Positions 41,231 through 54,942 are shown, counted from the stretch's first letter. The stretch is DNA of 64,000 nt from Eledone cirrhosa (GCA_964016885.1 OZ024758.1:21824001-21888000), one strand, 5' to 3'. Program-made: numbers and translations. The notes: generated by a model not told the origin, from the letters alone.

Positions 41231-42039
41231 ATCAATTCCTGTTTTCTGTCGGCCATTAGTTGGATAATAATCTAAAAATATGTTTATAAGAATGTTAGAT
41301 TGGTATTGCAATGCAGGTGTACGATATCACATGAAGTTCTTACTGTAACACGTGATGTAGTATAGCTTGAACGCCATTGTTTCTTTGTGATACTAATTAC
41401 TCTAAACTTTGTTTTATTCTTAGCTTTTATGATTTATGTTGGGTACAAATATTCGACATAATTTTTTTTATTTTAATGTTTATTTCGTTTGCTATTCCTT
41501 ATCTAGTTAGTGTGTGTGAAATTTATTTCGCTTGCATGTCGTTTTAGTTTATTATGTTTGAGATAGTCTCCAGTTTTTTATGACATTAGCAATTTCTAGT
41601 GTGTAATTTGAGTTGTATTTTTTTTTTAATGTTTCCTAGTGGAATGTGGTTTTTAGATGCACCAATAATTATTTTGTTGGATTTATTTTCTGGTATGTCT
41701 GTGTTGGTGGAGGTGAAATTGTTAAATTCTGAAAACAGTAGCTCTCTTTTGTTTTAGTTGTGTATGTTTTTGTGTTAGTGTATGTGTGTTTTGTTTGTTT
41801 GTTTGTTTATTGGTATGTGTGTGTATGTGTGTGTTTGTGTGTGTGTGTGTGTGTGTTTGTGTGTGTCTGTGGGTGTGTGTTATTTTTCTCTCTTTTGCTG
41901 AACTCGCTCCATTTTGGTGTTTTTAAATTTATGGAAGTATTTCGTTTTTGTTTAGTTTTATTGTTTTTTTTTTGTTGTTTTTGGGGGGTGGGGGGTTGCT
42001 TTTCAACGTTGATATGTGAATGTGTTGTGATGACGACAA

Positions 42040-42207
42040 ACAGTTTAGCTGCGTAAAGAGATAAAACTATTTGCCAAGAAGTGATACACTGTTTAGCTGA
42101 GTAAAGAGATGGAACAATTTACCAAGAGGTTGTGGTAACGGACTATGATACACAGTTTAACTGAGTAAAGAGATAGAGCTTACCAAGAGGTTGTGGTAGT
42201 GAACTGT
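42040..42207. repeat. Three degenerate tandem units
   Basis: gttta.ctg.gtaaagagat...ccaaga recurs three times. Confidence 0.75.
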
Positions 42208-42696
42208 ACTAAGTAAAATGTTCAGATTTCTATCCAATAAATGAAAACTAATCTGAGACTAGTAAATGATACTCAGTGGTACATTGCTAAAGTGATCTTA
42301 TCTGAACAGAAAATGTCTACTTGAAAATACTTTGGTTCTATTTTACTACGTATTATAAATATTTTATTAAGTAAATTACAGCAATGTCGGTGTTGATTTC
42401 CTATTTCCATAAGTCATTCACTGCATTTGGCTGTTTCACTTCATTTCACTTCACGTTTACATGCATGTTCTAAAAAGAGATAAAGATTGGTGTTTTTGAA
42501 GCGCGAAAAAATAATTTGCTTCCTAAAGTATATTTAAAGTCACGTAAACCTAAGAGTGGGCTCTAAGAGTTCGCTCTAAGAGCAGGCAATTAGCTCTGTT
42601 TCCTTAATATGAAATGTATAAAAAGTAACTCTACTTTCCTATGAATGTAACAAAGGTTTATTCCTGGTAATATTTCAGATGATTTGGTGCTTCAGT

Positions 42697-42905
42697 GAAG
42701 GCGTGTGGTTGAGTGGTTTGAGAATGGATTCGCAATCGTGAGGTTGTGAGTTCGATTCCCGGACCAGGCGATGCGTTATGTCCTTGAGCAAGACACTTTA
42801 TTTCACATTGCTCCTTCTACCTGGAGTTTCGACCGATAGATAGTATTAGCAATTGGAAAGACCAATGCAAACATTGTTTCCTCGGTCCGATTTGACGAAA
42901 GTCGA
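42697..42905 (+). mobile_element. Family B SINE
   Basis: ggcgtgtggttgagtgg...gagttcgattccc...gtccttgagcaagacactttatttcac. Confidence 0.9.
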
Positions 42906-43081
42906 TCGTTCCTTTAGTGCTTATCTACAATAGTCAGGTAAAGAGAAATGTGTAGAGTCTCTGTTTTTACAATATGTTGGCAGTGATTTTAGAAATGAAA
43001 TATTACAAATAGCATATTTATGTCGATTCCTTCATTTCCAATTTGCTACGAAAGATTTGTTCATGAAAGTATGTGTGACTG

Positions 43082-43148
<67 letters not shown>

Positions 43149-43189
43149 ACGTATGTATATATATATATATATATATACTCACACACATA

Positions 43190-43243
<54 letters not shown>

Positions 43244-43244
43244 A

Positions 43245-43283
<39 letters not shown>

Positions 43284-43584
43284 AGTATATATATATATAT
43301 ATATATATACATACATATGTGTGCTGAGATCGATCGTTTTAAGAGATATGTTACATTTATGAGGTTGCAGTATGTAAGACATCACTTCTGCGACTTATCG
43401 TCTGCTTACTTAATTGTTACATTAGACGCTATTTAAACTGGTGTTTGTGCAATGGTTGTCACCAAGCAACATATTTTTTTCAATTTGTTAAGTAAACACA
43501 TCTAGCTAAGAGTAGTTACAAGGAAACATGGCAATGTTGTAACCATTTCTTTCCATCCCCTACCCAACCCTTATATATATATGC

Positions 43585-43618
<34 letters not shown>

Positions 43619-43645
43619 GGGGGGGGGAGAGAGAGAGAGAGATAT

Positions 43646-43694
<49 letters not shown>

Positions 43695-44524
43695 TATATT
43701 TATGTATAGGCACAAATACATACATACATATATATATATGTGTGTGTATATATATATATATACATATATGTGTGTGTGTATGCGTGCGTGTGTTGTATAG
43801 TTTTTGTATGTGGTTAAATGTATATATGTATGTGTGTGTATATACTTATATATATATACTTATGTATATATATATATATATATACGCGTCTGTGTATGTC
43901 TGTTTATATATTTGTATGTTAGGGATACGTATAAATTATTTATTTTGTTTTACTAAGTTATGTATGACACTTTGATGAATTTGTGAGGAATTGGTTTTAT
44001 GTCAATGTGAGGAATCGATACTCCCCACCGCACCACTCACCCCACACACAAGCACCCCTCACCCCGACACCACCACACCTCACCCCCTATATACAACAGT
44101 ACATACATCATATAAGCTTATGAAAGGTTATATAGTAATATTGCATGGTACATAAGCTACCAGAAATATATTGATTATTATAAATTGATTAAACCAAAAT
44201 TTATATGGGATCGATATCCAGTGGGATAAACATTATTTGTTTAATGACAATATTTCCATCACAGAAATGTGCTGGAACTCCACCAATTCCGACGACAAGT
44301 ATCGCAGCTGTTTTATCAATTGAAAAAGCCTGCGAGAATCGAACTCATGACCTGTGATCCTGAGCCGAACTCTCTAACCACTTTGAAGCCATGCTCCTTC
44401 ACAAACACAGAAGTAGCACGAGGCATGAGGCACTCCGTCGGTTTCGACGACGAGTGTTCTAGCTGATCCGATCAAGAGAACGCTGTTTTATATTGAATTT
44501 GAATAAATAGATGTATTGATAATT

Positions 44525-44897
44525 CTTCTTGTGACGCTAAACTCCGCCAGTTGCAGACTGCGCATTAGCATGTGATATCTCTCTCCAGAAAGTTTGATCA
44601 CCAACAGCAGAGTTCAAAGATCAAAGATCAAGTCCAGTCCATAAGTTGACATTGTCAAGCCATCGTTTTGACTGCCGGCCTCTGCTTCTCTTACCAGCCA
44701 ACCTTCCTCCCAGGAATATATAATACCTTTCAATCACCAACAGCAGAGTTTAAAGAGCAAAGCTCAAGTCCGATCCATAAGTTGACATCATCAAGCATCG
44801 TTTTGGCTGCCGGCATCTGCTTCTCTTACCAGCCGACCTTCCTTCCAGAAATAACCTACTCACACCACGACTTGATCTTTTTATATTACCGTATAGT
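44525..44897 (-). mobile_element. RTE LINE 3' end, same family as 21594-22210 with the same internal duplication; 9-bp TSD
   Basis: ctgcttctcttaccagcc.accttcc occurs twice; TSD ttgataatt at 44516-44524 and 44898-44906. Confidence 0.85.
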
Positions 44898-45589
44898 TTG
44901 ATAATTATCAATAGATATATTGATATAACTGATTATAATCAGTAATAATCATTAATGTGAGAATATTTTCAGACTGATTGACTCCACTTCAGAGAAGAGA
45001 TAAACAATTTTTGTGATACCCATGTCTTTCCTGTGTGCTATTACCGGGGTCCATGAAACGAACTCTCTGCCACAGGTATTTGTCATGACTGGAGTCTTAC
45101 GTCTTACTTTCCTACTTATATGTTACTATAAAATTATATAAGGTAAGGTTGTTGCTAGTAAATGGAATAATATATCAAAAGAAAGTACGATTTATATGTT
45201 TTGTAGCCTTATCATTAAATACGAGTTATTTCTTTAAAACAAAATTAAGTGTCGAGAAATATACAAAGATAAACTAATGCAAATTTCTCATTCCTAATAT
45301 CAATTTACTTATCAGTAAATAAACACACGTTTTTTTTGTTTTTTTTTATTTTTAGTTTTTTTTTTTCATTTATCTTCTTTTTTTTTTTTGGTAATTCTAT
45401 TCCGCTATTAAAATTCTAATTATAACGGACTTGATTAATTTCTTTAGCTTTAGATTATAATGGAATCTAGTTTTTAAGTATTTTTCAATATACAGAGTAC
45501 TTCTAGCGAGACAAGAAGTAAAGAAAAAATGTGATAATGAAGAAAATTAGTTGTTGTTTAATGAATAACATTTTTTTTTTGCTTCTTTT

Positions 45590-45640
<51 letters not shown>

Positions 45641-45814
45641 TCTTTTTCAGTGATAAATCATTTCCTCTTCACAGCAATATTTTGTTGTTATTTTTAATAA
45701 AATGGTAGCTAGCGATATTTATTGCGAAATTGCTCAGTGTTAGATTGTTTAATCACATAAACAAGCAATCGAGTAATACTGTATTGTACTTATAGAATCT
45801 GGTTCTACAGATCA

Positions 45815-46505
45815 TGGTGATGATGGTGATGGTGATGGTGGTGGTGTGATGATGGTGGTGGTGGTGGTAGTGGTAGTGGTGATGTTCGTGGTGGTGATGA
45901 TGGTGGTGGTGGTGATTGTGGTGATGTCATGGTGGTGGTGGTAGTGGTAGTGGTAGTGGTGATGTTGGTGGCGGTGATGATGGTGGTGGTGGTGGTAGTG
46001 GTGATGCTGGTGGTGGTGATGGTGGTGGTGGTGGTGATTGTGGTGATGTCATGGTCACCATCATCACCATCACCACCATCACCATCACCACCATCACCAT
46101 CATCACCATCATCATCATCATCCCCATCATTCTCATCAGCACCATCATCACCATCACCATCATCATCATCATCACCATCATTCTCATCAGCACCACCATC
46201 ATCATCACCATCATCACCATCATCACCATCATCATCACCATCACCATCATTCTCATCAGCACCATCATCACCATCATGATCATCACCATCATCATCATCA
46301 CCATCACCATCATCACCATCATCACCATCATCACCATCGCCACCATCACCATCATCACCATCATCATCACCACCAGTACCACCATCACCATCACCATCAT
46401 CATCACCATCGCCATCATCATCATCATCACCATCACCATCATCACCATCATCACCATCATCATCATCACCATCATCATCGCCATCATCATCACTATCATC
46501 AACAT
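45815..46505. repeat. (GGT/GAT)n block abutting an oppositely oriented (ACC/ATC)n block
   Basis: Strand switch at about 46050. Confidence 0.9.
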
Positions 46506-46560
46506 CAACTCCAATTCTTCAGCCAGGGTATGATACCAGTGTATTCTCCTTAATCTGCTT

Positions 46561-46751
46561 CTCATCCTTACACACTCATCCTTACACACTCATCCTTACA
46601 CACTCATCCTTACACACTCATCCTTACACACTCATCCTTACACACTCATCCTTACACACTCATCCTTACACACTCATCCTTACACACTCATCCTTACACA
46701 CTCATCCTTACACACTCATCCTTACACACTCATCCTTACACACTCATCCTT
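46561..46751. repeat. Perfect 14-bp tandem repeat (ctcatccttacaca), about 13.6 copies
   Basis: Direct inspection. Confidence 0.95.
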
Positions 46752-47229
46752 CACAGACAATTTTCTTCCCCGTTTTCCAGTGTTTTCATCAAATAATCAA
46801 CTTCGGTAATTTCTAACTTCAGAGCTTTTTGCAATTCATTTTCATTCAACGGTTATTCTGTTATTCTGTTATTCTGCGTTCTTGCGTGTATTTTCCATTC
46901 TTGTAAGCAGAAACATTTAAATAGTTTCTATGGCAGTCTTGAATGATCTATTCGATTCACATGATATGGCTGACTATATCAATACAGAATACAAATTCTG
47001 AGGTATTTTTTGTTGTTTTTTTTAAAGCGATCGTGTTTGTAGCTATTACCGGAACCGGAACGAGGTCAACTATCGACAAACTATTTATACCCAATATAAA
47101 AATACGTTTATCAAATTCTAAGGTAAAAAAAAAAAAAAACCATTAGCGCTGATTTCGACGAATCTAAATATTAGCCATGTGTATGTGTTTTATTGAAATA
47201 AATATTTATCGTCTGCTTCCTGTGTCTAA

Positions 47230-48127
47230 TACGAGGGGTGTTGTAAAGTTCCTGGCTTTGGGTAAAAGAAAATATAGGAGGATCAGTAGTTAATTGCAGG
47301 GGCTCCCACAGGAGCACTGAGTGCAGTGTCAACTCTGGATGTCAGTGAGCATGTTTAGCTAACCTCGGTCTTCCACTTCCAGTGTATCCATGCAGGGACT
47401 CCCACAGGAACACTGAGTGCAGTGTCAACTCTGGATGTCAGTGAGCATGTCCAGCTAACCTCGGTCTTCCTGTTCCAGTGTATCCATGCAGGGGCTCCCA
47501 CAGGAAGACTGAGTGCAGTGTCAACTCTGGATGTCAGTGAGCATGTCCAGCTAACCTCAGTCTTCCTGTTCCAGTGTATCCATGCAGGGGCTCCCACAGG
47601 AAGACTGAGTGCAGTGTCAACTCTGGATGTCAGTGAGCATGTCCAGCTAACCTCATTCTCCTCTGTGCTACTCTCGAGCTGACTTTTGGGAGGCTCCCGT
47701 ACAGCTCTGGGTTCTTCATCCTCAGTGTATACTGATTAATGTTCAGAGCCATCCTCAGCATTCTCGTGTAGCACCCATCCACCATCTGAGTGAGTTTCTG
47801 CATGGACACACTGGAAGAGGAAAACCAAGGTTAACATATGTTGATGCCCTAAGAACAAACACTGGTCTATTAGAGACGCAGGACATGGCAGCGATAATGA
47901 GGGACAGAGACCGCTGGAGAGAACTCGTCCATGGATCTCGGGAATTTTACTCGCCCTAGAGAGTAGTTAATTATGATTTTATTCAACATACTTATTGCAG
48001 ATCCACATACTTATTGCAGCGGTCCTTCGGGCATTCTAATTCCTGTAAATAGAACTTGAAAGGTTGGGTCTCCAACCAGGCCTCGGTGATTCCCTTCAAG
48101 TCAGGAATATTTCAACAACCCCTCGTA
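47230..48127. mobile_element. Mariner-derived MITE interrupted by an RTE LINE insertion
   Basis: TA-flanked TIRs tacgaggggtgttgtaaagttcctggctt / aagtcaggaatatttcaacaacccctcgta. Confidence 0.85.
47296..47961 (+). mobile_element. 5'-inverted RTE LINE (minus 47296-47797, plus 47798-47961) with a 96-bp tandem array and 11-bp TSD
   Basis: Minus: VDGCYTRMLRMALNI...ELYGSLPKVSSRVAQRRMRLAGH; plus: LHGHTGRGKPRLTYVDAL...MRDRDRWRELV; TSD agtagttaatt at 47285-47295 and 47962-47972. Confidence 0.9.
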
Positions 48128-48574
48128 TAACCCAGTAAGATCATGTTTAAAGGAAGAGATTTAAATCCTTCTATAAAGAAACATCTAGAATATAAATATG
48201 ATTTCAGAGATCTTTATATTTTCTCTTTCACTAAGACAGTTATTCGCTGCTGACTTGTACGAGTATTTAAGTAGAACTTGAATTCAATACGAATTGAAAT
48301 CAAAACTACAAATTGCAATTTCACTCTGTCTATCGTCTTTGAAATGCTTCTATTACTTTCTGGTTACAGTTCGGTGGACTAGTTCATTTAGGAACTTCAT
48401 TAGTTCAGTCAGTGGGAACTATTGACTCAACACAGTGCAAGTTACTTAACATGATCCTCCAAAATTACATTGCTAGTCGATATCAATTAACACGAACAAA
48501 TCTTTCTCTCCTCAATCTATCTATCTATTTAACTACCTATATATATATATACATATATATAACTAATTATCTAT

Positions 48575-49299
48575 CCATAGTAAGGATCAAACCGCCACCT
48601 TCATTTAAAAACGAAAGAGAGGCGGTTTTCGTCTGTATAGTGTCTATGGTGAAGGAAGTTATATGGTGGACATGATTGAGAGGACTGAGGGCAGATGCCT
48701 TTCTCTCCGGACAACAACTCATTTCCTTCTTTAGGTACCACTTTAGAAGGAGTATCAGAGTGGAGAGAGAGGTACTGCACCCCAGTAAATTTACTGAAAG
48801 GTGGGTGAATGTGGCAAAAGTGGCCCGAATGATTGGGCCTTCTTTGTATATAATCCTGTAGGTTGAAGAAGAAAGCGCAAGGAAGTAAGGAGCACTTGCA
48901 CAACATGCTCCTAGAATTGAGGGTTTTTCTATCTACGGGGTATAAAGCAACCCATTTGTAACGCCTCCCCCCCCCCTATTGGGGATTTCGATTGTTATAT
49001 TTTCATGTTAAAACTCTTTTTTATCCGATTGTATGTAAATTCCCCGCCATATGTCTTTGTATATGTCCCCTTTTCTTGTGCGCCCTTGTGGCAAATAAAG
49101 AAATCTATCGATCTACTTATAAACAACTCCGCAGTAACGTCCCCTCCCCCCTATTGGGGATTTCGATTGTTATTTTATTTTAATATATAGTTTATTCTAA
49201 TTTATTAATGTTAAAGTTTACATAATTTTGATGTAAAACCCCCGCCGTCACGTCTTGTAATGTCCCATTTCTTGTACGCTCTTGTGGCAAATAAAGAAA
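48575..49299 (+). mobile_element. Tx1/L1-like LINE 3' end with duplicated 3' UTR, in (TATC)n context
   Basis: VSMVKEVIWWT*LRG...LISFFRYHFRRSIRVEREVL...FTERW...* then two copies of cccctattgggga...cttgtggcaaataaagaaa. Confidence 0.65.
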
Positions 49300-49896
49300 G
49301 ATATCTATCTCACTAACTACCTATCTATCTATCTAATTAACTATCTAACTATCTATTTATCTATTTATCTATCGCACGCAGTAGTTTACCATAACAAAAA
49401 TAATTTGTTTTTAACGTAGAAATATAAAGGAAAGTATCTGACAGTGCCACAACTACTACCACTAAAACTTTAAGTATACAACAAAAATAGTAGTCGTTGT
49501 AAATTAATTGGTTTCCAAAGATTATATTGATAGCAAAACACCTAATCGACTTATTTTAAAGCTTCGCTTATATTATGCTTTTAAGTTGTTCCAAATTATC
49601 TTCTGTCCAAGGAAAAATTTCTGGTTATCTGAAGTTATATACTTACAAAGACCTAATATACTGGTATTTATATCCCCTTTCTAAATCATTAAACAAATGA
49701 GATACTAATTTCTAATCTATTTTACGTATAAATAGGAATATATAATTTCATTGTTACTTATTACAATATTTCTAGCAGACGACATTTTTTTCTTTTTTTT
49801 TTCCCCCAAGCTTGATAAGTTTCTACGTTTTAAACAATGATAAACGTATGTTTCGATAATCTGAATTCACGTAAATACGTTTAATAACGCTTACAG

Positions 49897-49972
<76 letters not shown>

Positions 49973-50369
49973 ATAAAACCAGTCCAGATCTAGCTGTAGA
50001 AATGGCAAGAGCTCAGCTGTTGGGTGCAGACTCTTTATAATATATATATATATATATATAAGTTTATTCCGGGTTCAATCAGGGGTAACCACAGTAAGTA
50101 AGGTACTCAGTATATAGCAGAGTATAAACATTTAATTATGATTTCTCCCGACTGAAACAGTTCTAGTCCTGTAGAAGCTATTTCTATATTATATATATAT
50201 ATATATATACATACATACATATATATATATAAGTGTGGTCGAGTTGTCGGTGACTAAAGCAGCTCCCCACTAAACCCTGATCTGGTGAGGAGGGTAAGTG
50301 AAACCCCAGCAGCACTAAAAACAAGTTTAATATAAAAATGACTTCTACGGGACTAGGACTGTTTCATTT

Positions 50370-50832
50370 ACTCAGCGTGGTAGAGTGGTAACAGAATTGG
50401 AATCGCAATCGTGAGGTTGTGAGTTCGATTTCTTGACCGAGCGGGCGATGCGTTATGTCCTTGAGCAAGACACTTTATTTCACGTTGCTCCTTCTATCTG
50501 GAGTTGCGACCGATAGATAGTATTAGCAATTGGAAAGGCCAACGGAAACATTGTTCCCTCGGTCCGATTTGACGAAAGTCGATCGTCTCTTTCTATATGT
50601 CCCAAGGCTCTGATACCATCAACACTATACACACAGAGCTGGCATATCTAAGAACTGACTAACTGCCTGATGAGGTCATGACCATTCAATGGCTATCATC
50701 GAAATATATAGCAAGACACTTTATTTCACGTTGCTCCTTCTATCTGGAGTTGCGACCGATAGATAGTATTAGCAGTTGGAAAGGCCAATGAAAATATTCT
50801 TTCCTTGGTCCGATTTGGTGTAAGTCAATCGA
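50370..50832 (+). mobile_element. Family B SINE (50370-50585) and a second partial copy (50710-50832) separated by an HHR-bearing insert
   Basis: agcaagacactttatttcacgttgctccttctatctggagttgcgaccgatagatagtattagca occurs twice. Confidence 0.85.
50664..50713 (+). ncRNA. Minimal type I hammerhead ribozyme motif related to 16263-16317; predicted cleavage after A50710
   Basis: tgc-CTGATGA-ggtcatgacca(ttcaa)tggctatcatc-GAAA-tata-TA-gca. Confidence 0.75.
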
Positions 50833-51127
50833 CTGTCGGTATTTAATAATAGACCGAATGCTTATAGAGATTGTGCGACTCTGCGTTTTCTTTTCACAGT
50901 TAATTCCTCCATTTTAACAAGTGAAATATACATATATGAAAAGATGGCTTCCATTTCTCAATTCCTTTTCTTTCCTTTTTCTCGAGTAGCTTCTTTGTTT
51001 ATTACTTTATATTTGTTATGTTTCATCCTGAGTAACTCCATGAGTTGTTTTAGCCAAATCCAGCCCTGGGAACTAATAGTCATCTATTTCTAGTTACATT
51101 TTACGTGATTATTTAATTATCTATTCG

Positions 51128-51178
51128 TGTATATATATATATATATATATATATTTGTGTATATATATATATATATAT

Positions 51179-51223
<45 letters not shown>

Positions 51224-51260
51224 ATATATACATACATACATATATATTTATATATATACT

Positions 51261-51352
<92 letters not shown>

Positions 51353-51502
51353 GTAATAATAATAGATGAGAAGACTAAAATCCGAAGAGGGCTCGGTAAG
51401 GATAATATATATATAATATATATAAAACCGTAGAGCAAATATATATATATATATATATATATATGAATATATAAATAAATATATATATATGTATACATAT
51501 AT

Positions 51503-51577
<75 letters not shown>

Positions 51578-51589
51578 CACATATATATA

Positions 51590-51631
<42 letters not shown>

Positions 51632-51761
51632 TAATTAAAGTGTTTAACCAAGACTATACATATATACCCACTGTTATCCATGATTCCAAAATTATTTTCT
51701 TAAAATAACATGTCATATAACGATAAGACACTGTCTTCTCTCTCTATATATGTGTGTGTGT

Positions 51762-51836
<75 letters not shown>

Positions 51837-52104
51837 GTATGGAAAGTTTGCAAAGTCTCATTAGATAACACGTTGAAGTGAATGACAATCTTAGAAATAT
51901 AAATATTTCACACTAATCTAAGTATTGTGTTCTCTGTTCTGTTAATGTTTTATTATTTTTATTTATAACTAACAAATTAATATATATATGTGTGTGTATA
52001 TATATATATACATACACATATATGTATGTGTATATATATATGTATATACATGTATATATATATATATATACATACACATATATATATGTGTATATATATA
52101 TATA

Positions 52105-52150
<46 letters not shown>

Positions 52151-52292
52151 ATATACATGTATATATATATATATGTATATATATATATACATGTATATAT
52201 ATATATATGTATATATGTACGTATATCATTATCACCGTTTAACGTACATTTTTCCACGCTAGCATAGGTTTATATATATATATATATATATT
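51128..52292. repeat. (TA)n/(TG)n compound microsatellite field
   Basis: Direct inspection. Confidence 0.9.
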
Positions 52293-52775
52293 ATGATATA
52301 TATCATAAGATTTTTGACATGAAATAATGCATATTTCTAAATTCCCTTGTCTCTCGTCTCCAATATATCCAGTATATTCAGTAGTATCGATTATATTAGT
52401 GCTACAGTGGCCTAGCAGAAACTAATATTCATATATCTTTCTACAGTCTGTTTACACAATATCTGTATAATTCTTTGCTAAATATATTTCTCAGTTCCTA
52501 ACTCTTTGGAATTAGCCGTAAGTAAAACGACTCGTACATCTCATACATCAGGCTTACTTATCATTATCTGTTAGAGAATATTACTAAAGGTTTTCCTAAA
52601 GAACGTTAATTTTCTATATTTGTATTGTGTCAATTGTCAAAGAATTTTTCCATTCCTCTATTTTCTTTTTAGTTTTTTCATTTCTTTTGTCTTTTTTTTT
52701 GCTCTCTTTCTCTTTGTTTCGTTTTTTTTGTTAGGGTTTTTTGTTGTTGTTTTTTTTTGCTTTCTTTTTCTTCTG

Positions 52776-52808
<33 letters not shown>

Positions 52809-52959
52809 CTCTACCTCCTGCGCTCTCTTTTTCTCTCTCTCTATCTATCTATCTATCTATCTATCTATCCATCTGTATCTATCTCTATCTCCTGCTCTCT
52901 CTCTCTATATATATATATATATATGTCTACTTACATCTATCTATCTCTTTCCCCCTAGC

Positions 52960-53041
<82 letters not shown>

Positions 53042-53442
53042 GATACACACACACACACACACACACTGAAAGAGAGATATGCCGATGTTTAGGAGGATTC
53101 TACCAGTGAAGTCTTCGCAGTATTCTCTACAGTATCTCGATAACATTGTTCAGTATATATCTCAATATTTTCTGATCACTGTTATTACAACTTGCTTCAT
53201 TCTTCTATCTGAAATCCTCCAATATAGTAAAGCCGTTTTCGATAATTTCTTTTCTTTCCATCAAAGTTGTTTGCAATTATGCGACAAAACTCAAGGCAAT
53301 TTTTACTTACTCTTCGTGTTTACAGTACATTTAACTGTATTATGTTATGCAAGAATCTCTAAACCTTCTATAGCTCGATTATAAATCTCAATGTGATTGT
53401 AGGTTCAATAGAATATCCCCTATATCATATAATTTTTCCTGG

Positions 53443-53830
53443 GGGATGGATTGGCAGTATCGATAGAGGGTTGGACTCCATGCTTTTCACCATAGAGTTA
53501 CGCCCCTTTACGATATGAGTTCAAATACTGCCGTGGTTAACTTTGCCTTTCATCCTTATGGAGTCGATAAAATATAGTACCAGTAGTGCACTGGGGTAAT
53601 TGCTGGCCTTGTGCCAAAAGTAGAATTGGCAGTATCGGTAGAGCATCGGACGCTATGTTTTGCATTATAGAGTTATGCCCCCTTACGATCTCAGTTCAAA
53701 CCCCGCCGCGGTTAGCTTTGCCTTTCATCCTTACGGGATAAAATAAAGTACCAGTAATGCACTGGGGTCGATTTAATCGATTTTCCTCTCCCCCCAAATT
53801 GCTGGCTTTTTGCCTAAAATAGAAACAATT
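53443..53830 (+). mobile_element. Two head-to-tail family A SINEs
   Basis: attggcagtatcg.tagag heads near 53450 and 53625. Confidence 0.9.
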
Positions 53831-53839
53831 TTGGATGTT

Positions 53840-54229
53840 TGTATATCAAGAACTACTTTGCCCAATATATCCTTCCTTTTACAATACGATAAGATATTAT
53901 TTGTCGAAGATGTATCTATTCTTTCTATCAGATGAAACTAACAAGGGAACTCGTCTTCTTTAAAACATGTTTCAAAGAAGATAGTCTATGGGATAGGAAT
54001 TGGTGGTGGTCAACCAGGGATGGGTCCCTCCAAAAGGGGTGAGAAAGCCCTGGATTTTTGGATTTAGATTTTGGAAGCGTGTATATCAGGAACTACTTTA
54101 TCCAATGTTTCCTTTCTTTTATAAAACGATAATATGTTATTTGTCGAAGATATATCTACTCTTTCTATCAGATGAAACTAGCGAGAGAACCCTTCTTCTT
54201 TAAAACATGTTTCAAAGAAGATAGTCTAT
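53840..54229. repeat. Diverged 150-bp direct duplication (53840-53989 / 54080-54229)
   Basis: tgtatatca.gaactacttt...ttctttaaaacatgtttcaaagaagatagtctat occurs twice, period 240 bp. Confidence 0.9.
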
Positions 54230-54702
54230 TACAGAAAACCAACTGGTTGGATTGAGAGATAATGTAGAAGATAATATTTATAAAACCGAAGTGAATATTT
54301 CCTTGAACAAACTTAAAACAACTATATTTTTTCTACTTGTATTCTCGTGCTTATCTTTAATTTCCACAGCATTAAGCAGCTTACAGATAAGAGTTCCAGA
54401 GAGAGTTCTGTTAATCTCGGCTATGATTTATTGCCGTTTTAACATTTCCCTTAATGTTCTTTAACAAAGCAAAAACTAATCAGTATCTGAACCAGAACAC
54501 TCCCTTTGGTATTCTTCTAACAGCGATGACTGAATTAACAAAAGTTCTGGAAAATTTTATACATTTTTCCATTGCCTGATATTCCTAACCTTGACTCAAG
54601 CTGTACAAAACAATTGACTTCCTACATTTAGAGAAAGTAACTTTCCAAGGCATATTTTAACTTAGTCATCTACCTTGATCCTTATCAATTCAAATGAGAT
54701 AT

Positions 54703-54942
54703 ATTCTTCTTCTTCTCTTCTTCTTCGCCTACTTATTCCTGAGATGGTCGGGGGTGGGGCTGAGTCCTATCAGAAGCAACCGTCTCCAACTGATCCGGCT
54801 GGATCCCTAAGCATGACCAGCCAAGCTCATGGATGTTATGCAACCATCTTGCTCGGGGCTTACCCCTGAGTCTCCTACCGGCTGGTTTTGCCCGTAAAAT
54901 CTGTTCAGCGATTCGTTCCTGAGACATTCTAATCACATGCAC
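54703..54942 (-). mobile_element. 5'-truncated RTE LINE 3' end with (GAA)n tail and 12-bp TSD
   Basis: HVIRMSQERIAEQILRAKPAGRRLRGKPRARWLHNI; TSD caaatgagatat at 54691-54702 and 54943-54954. Confidence 0.85.
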
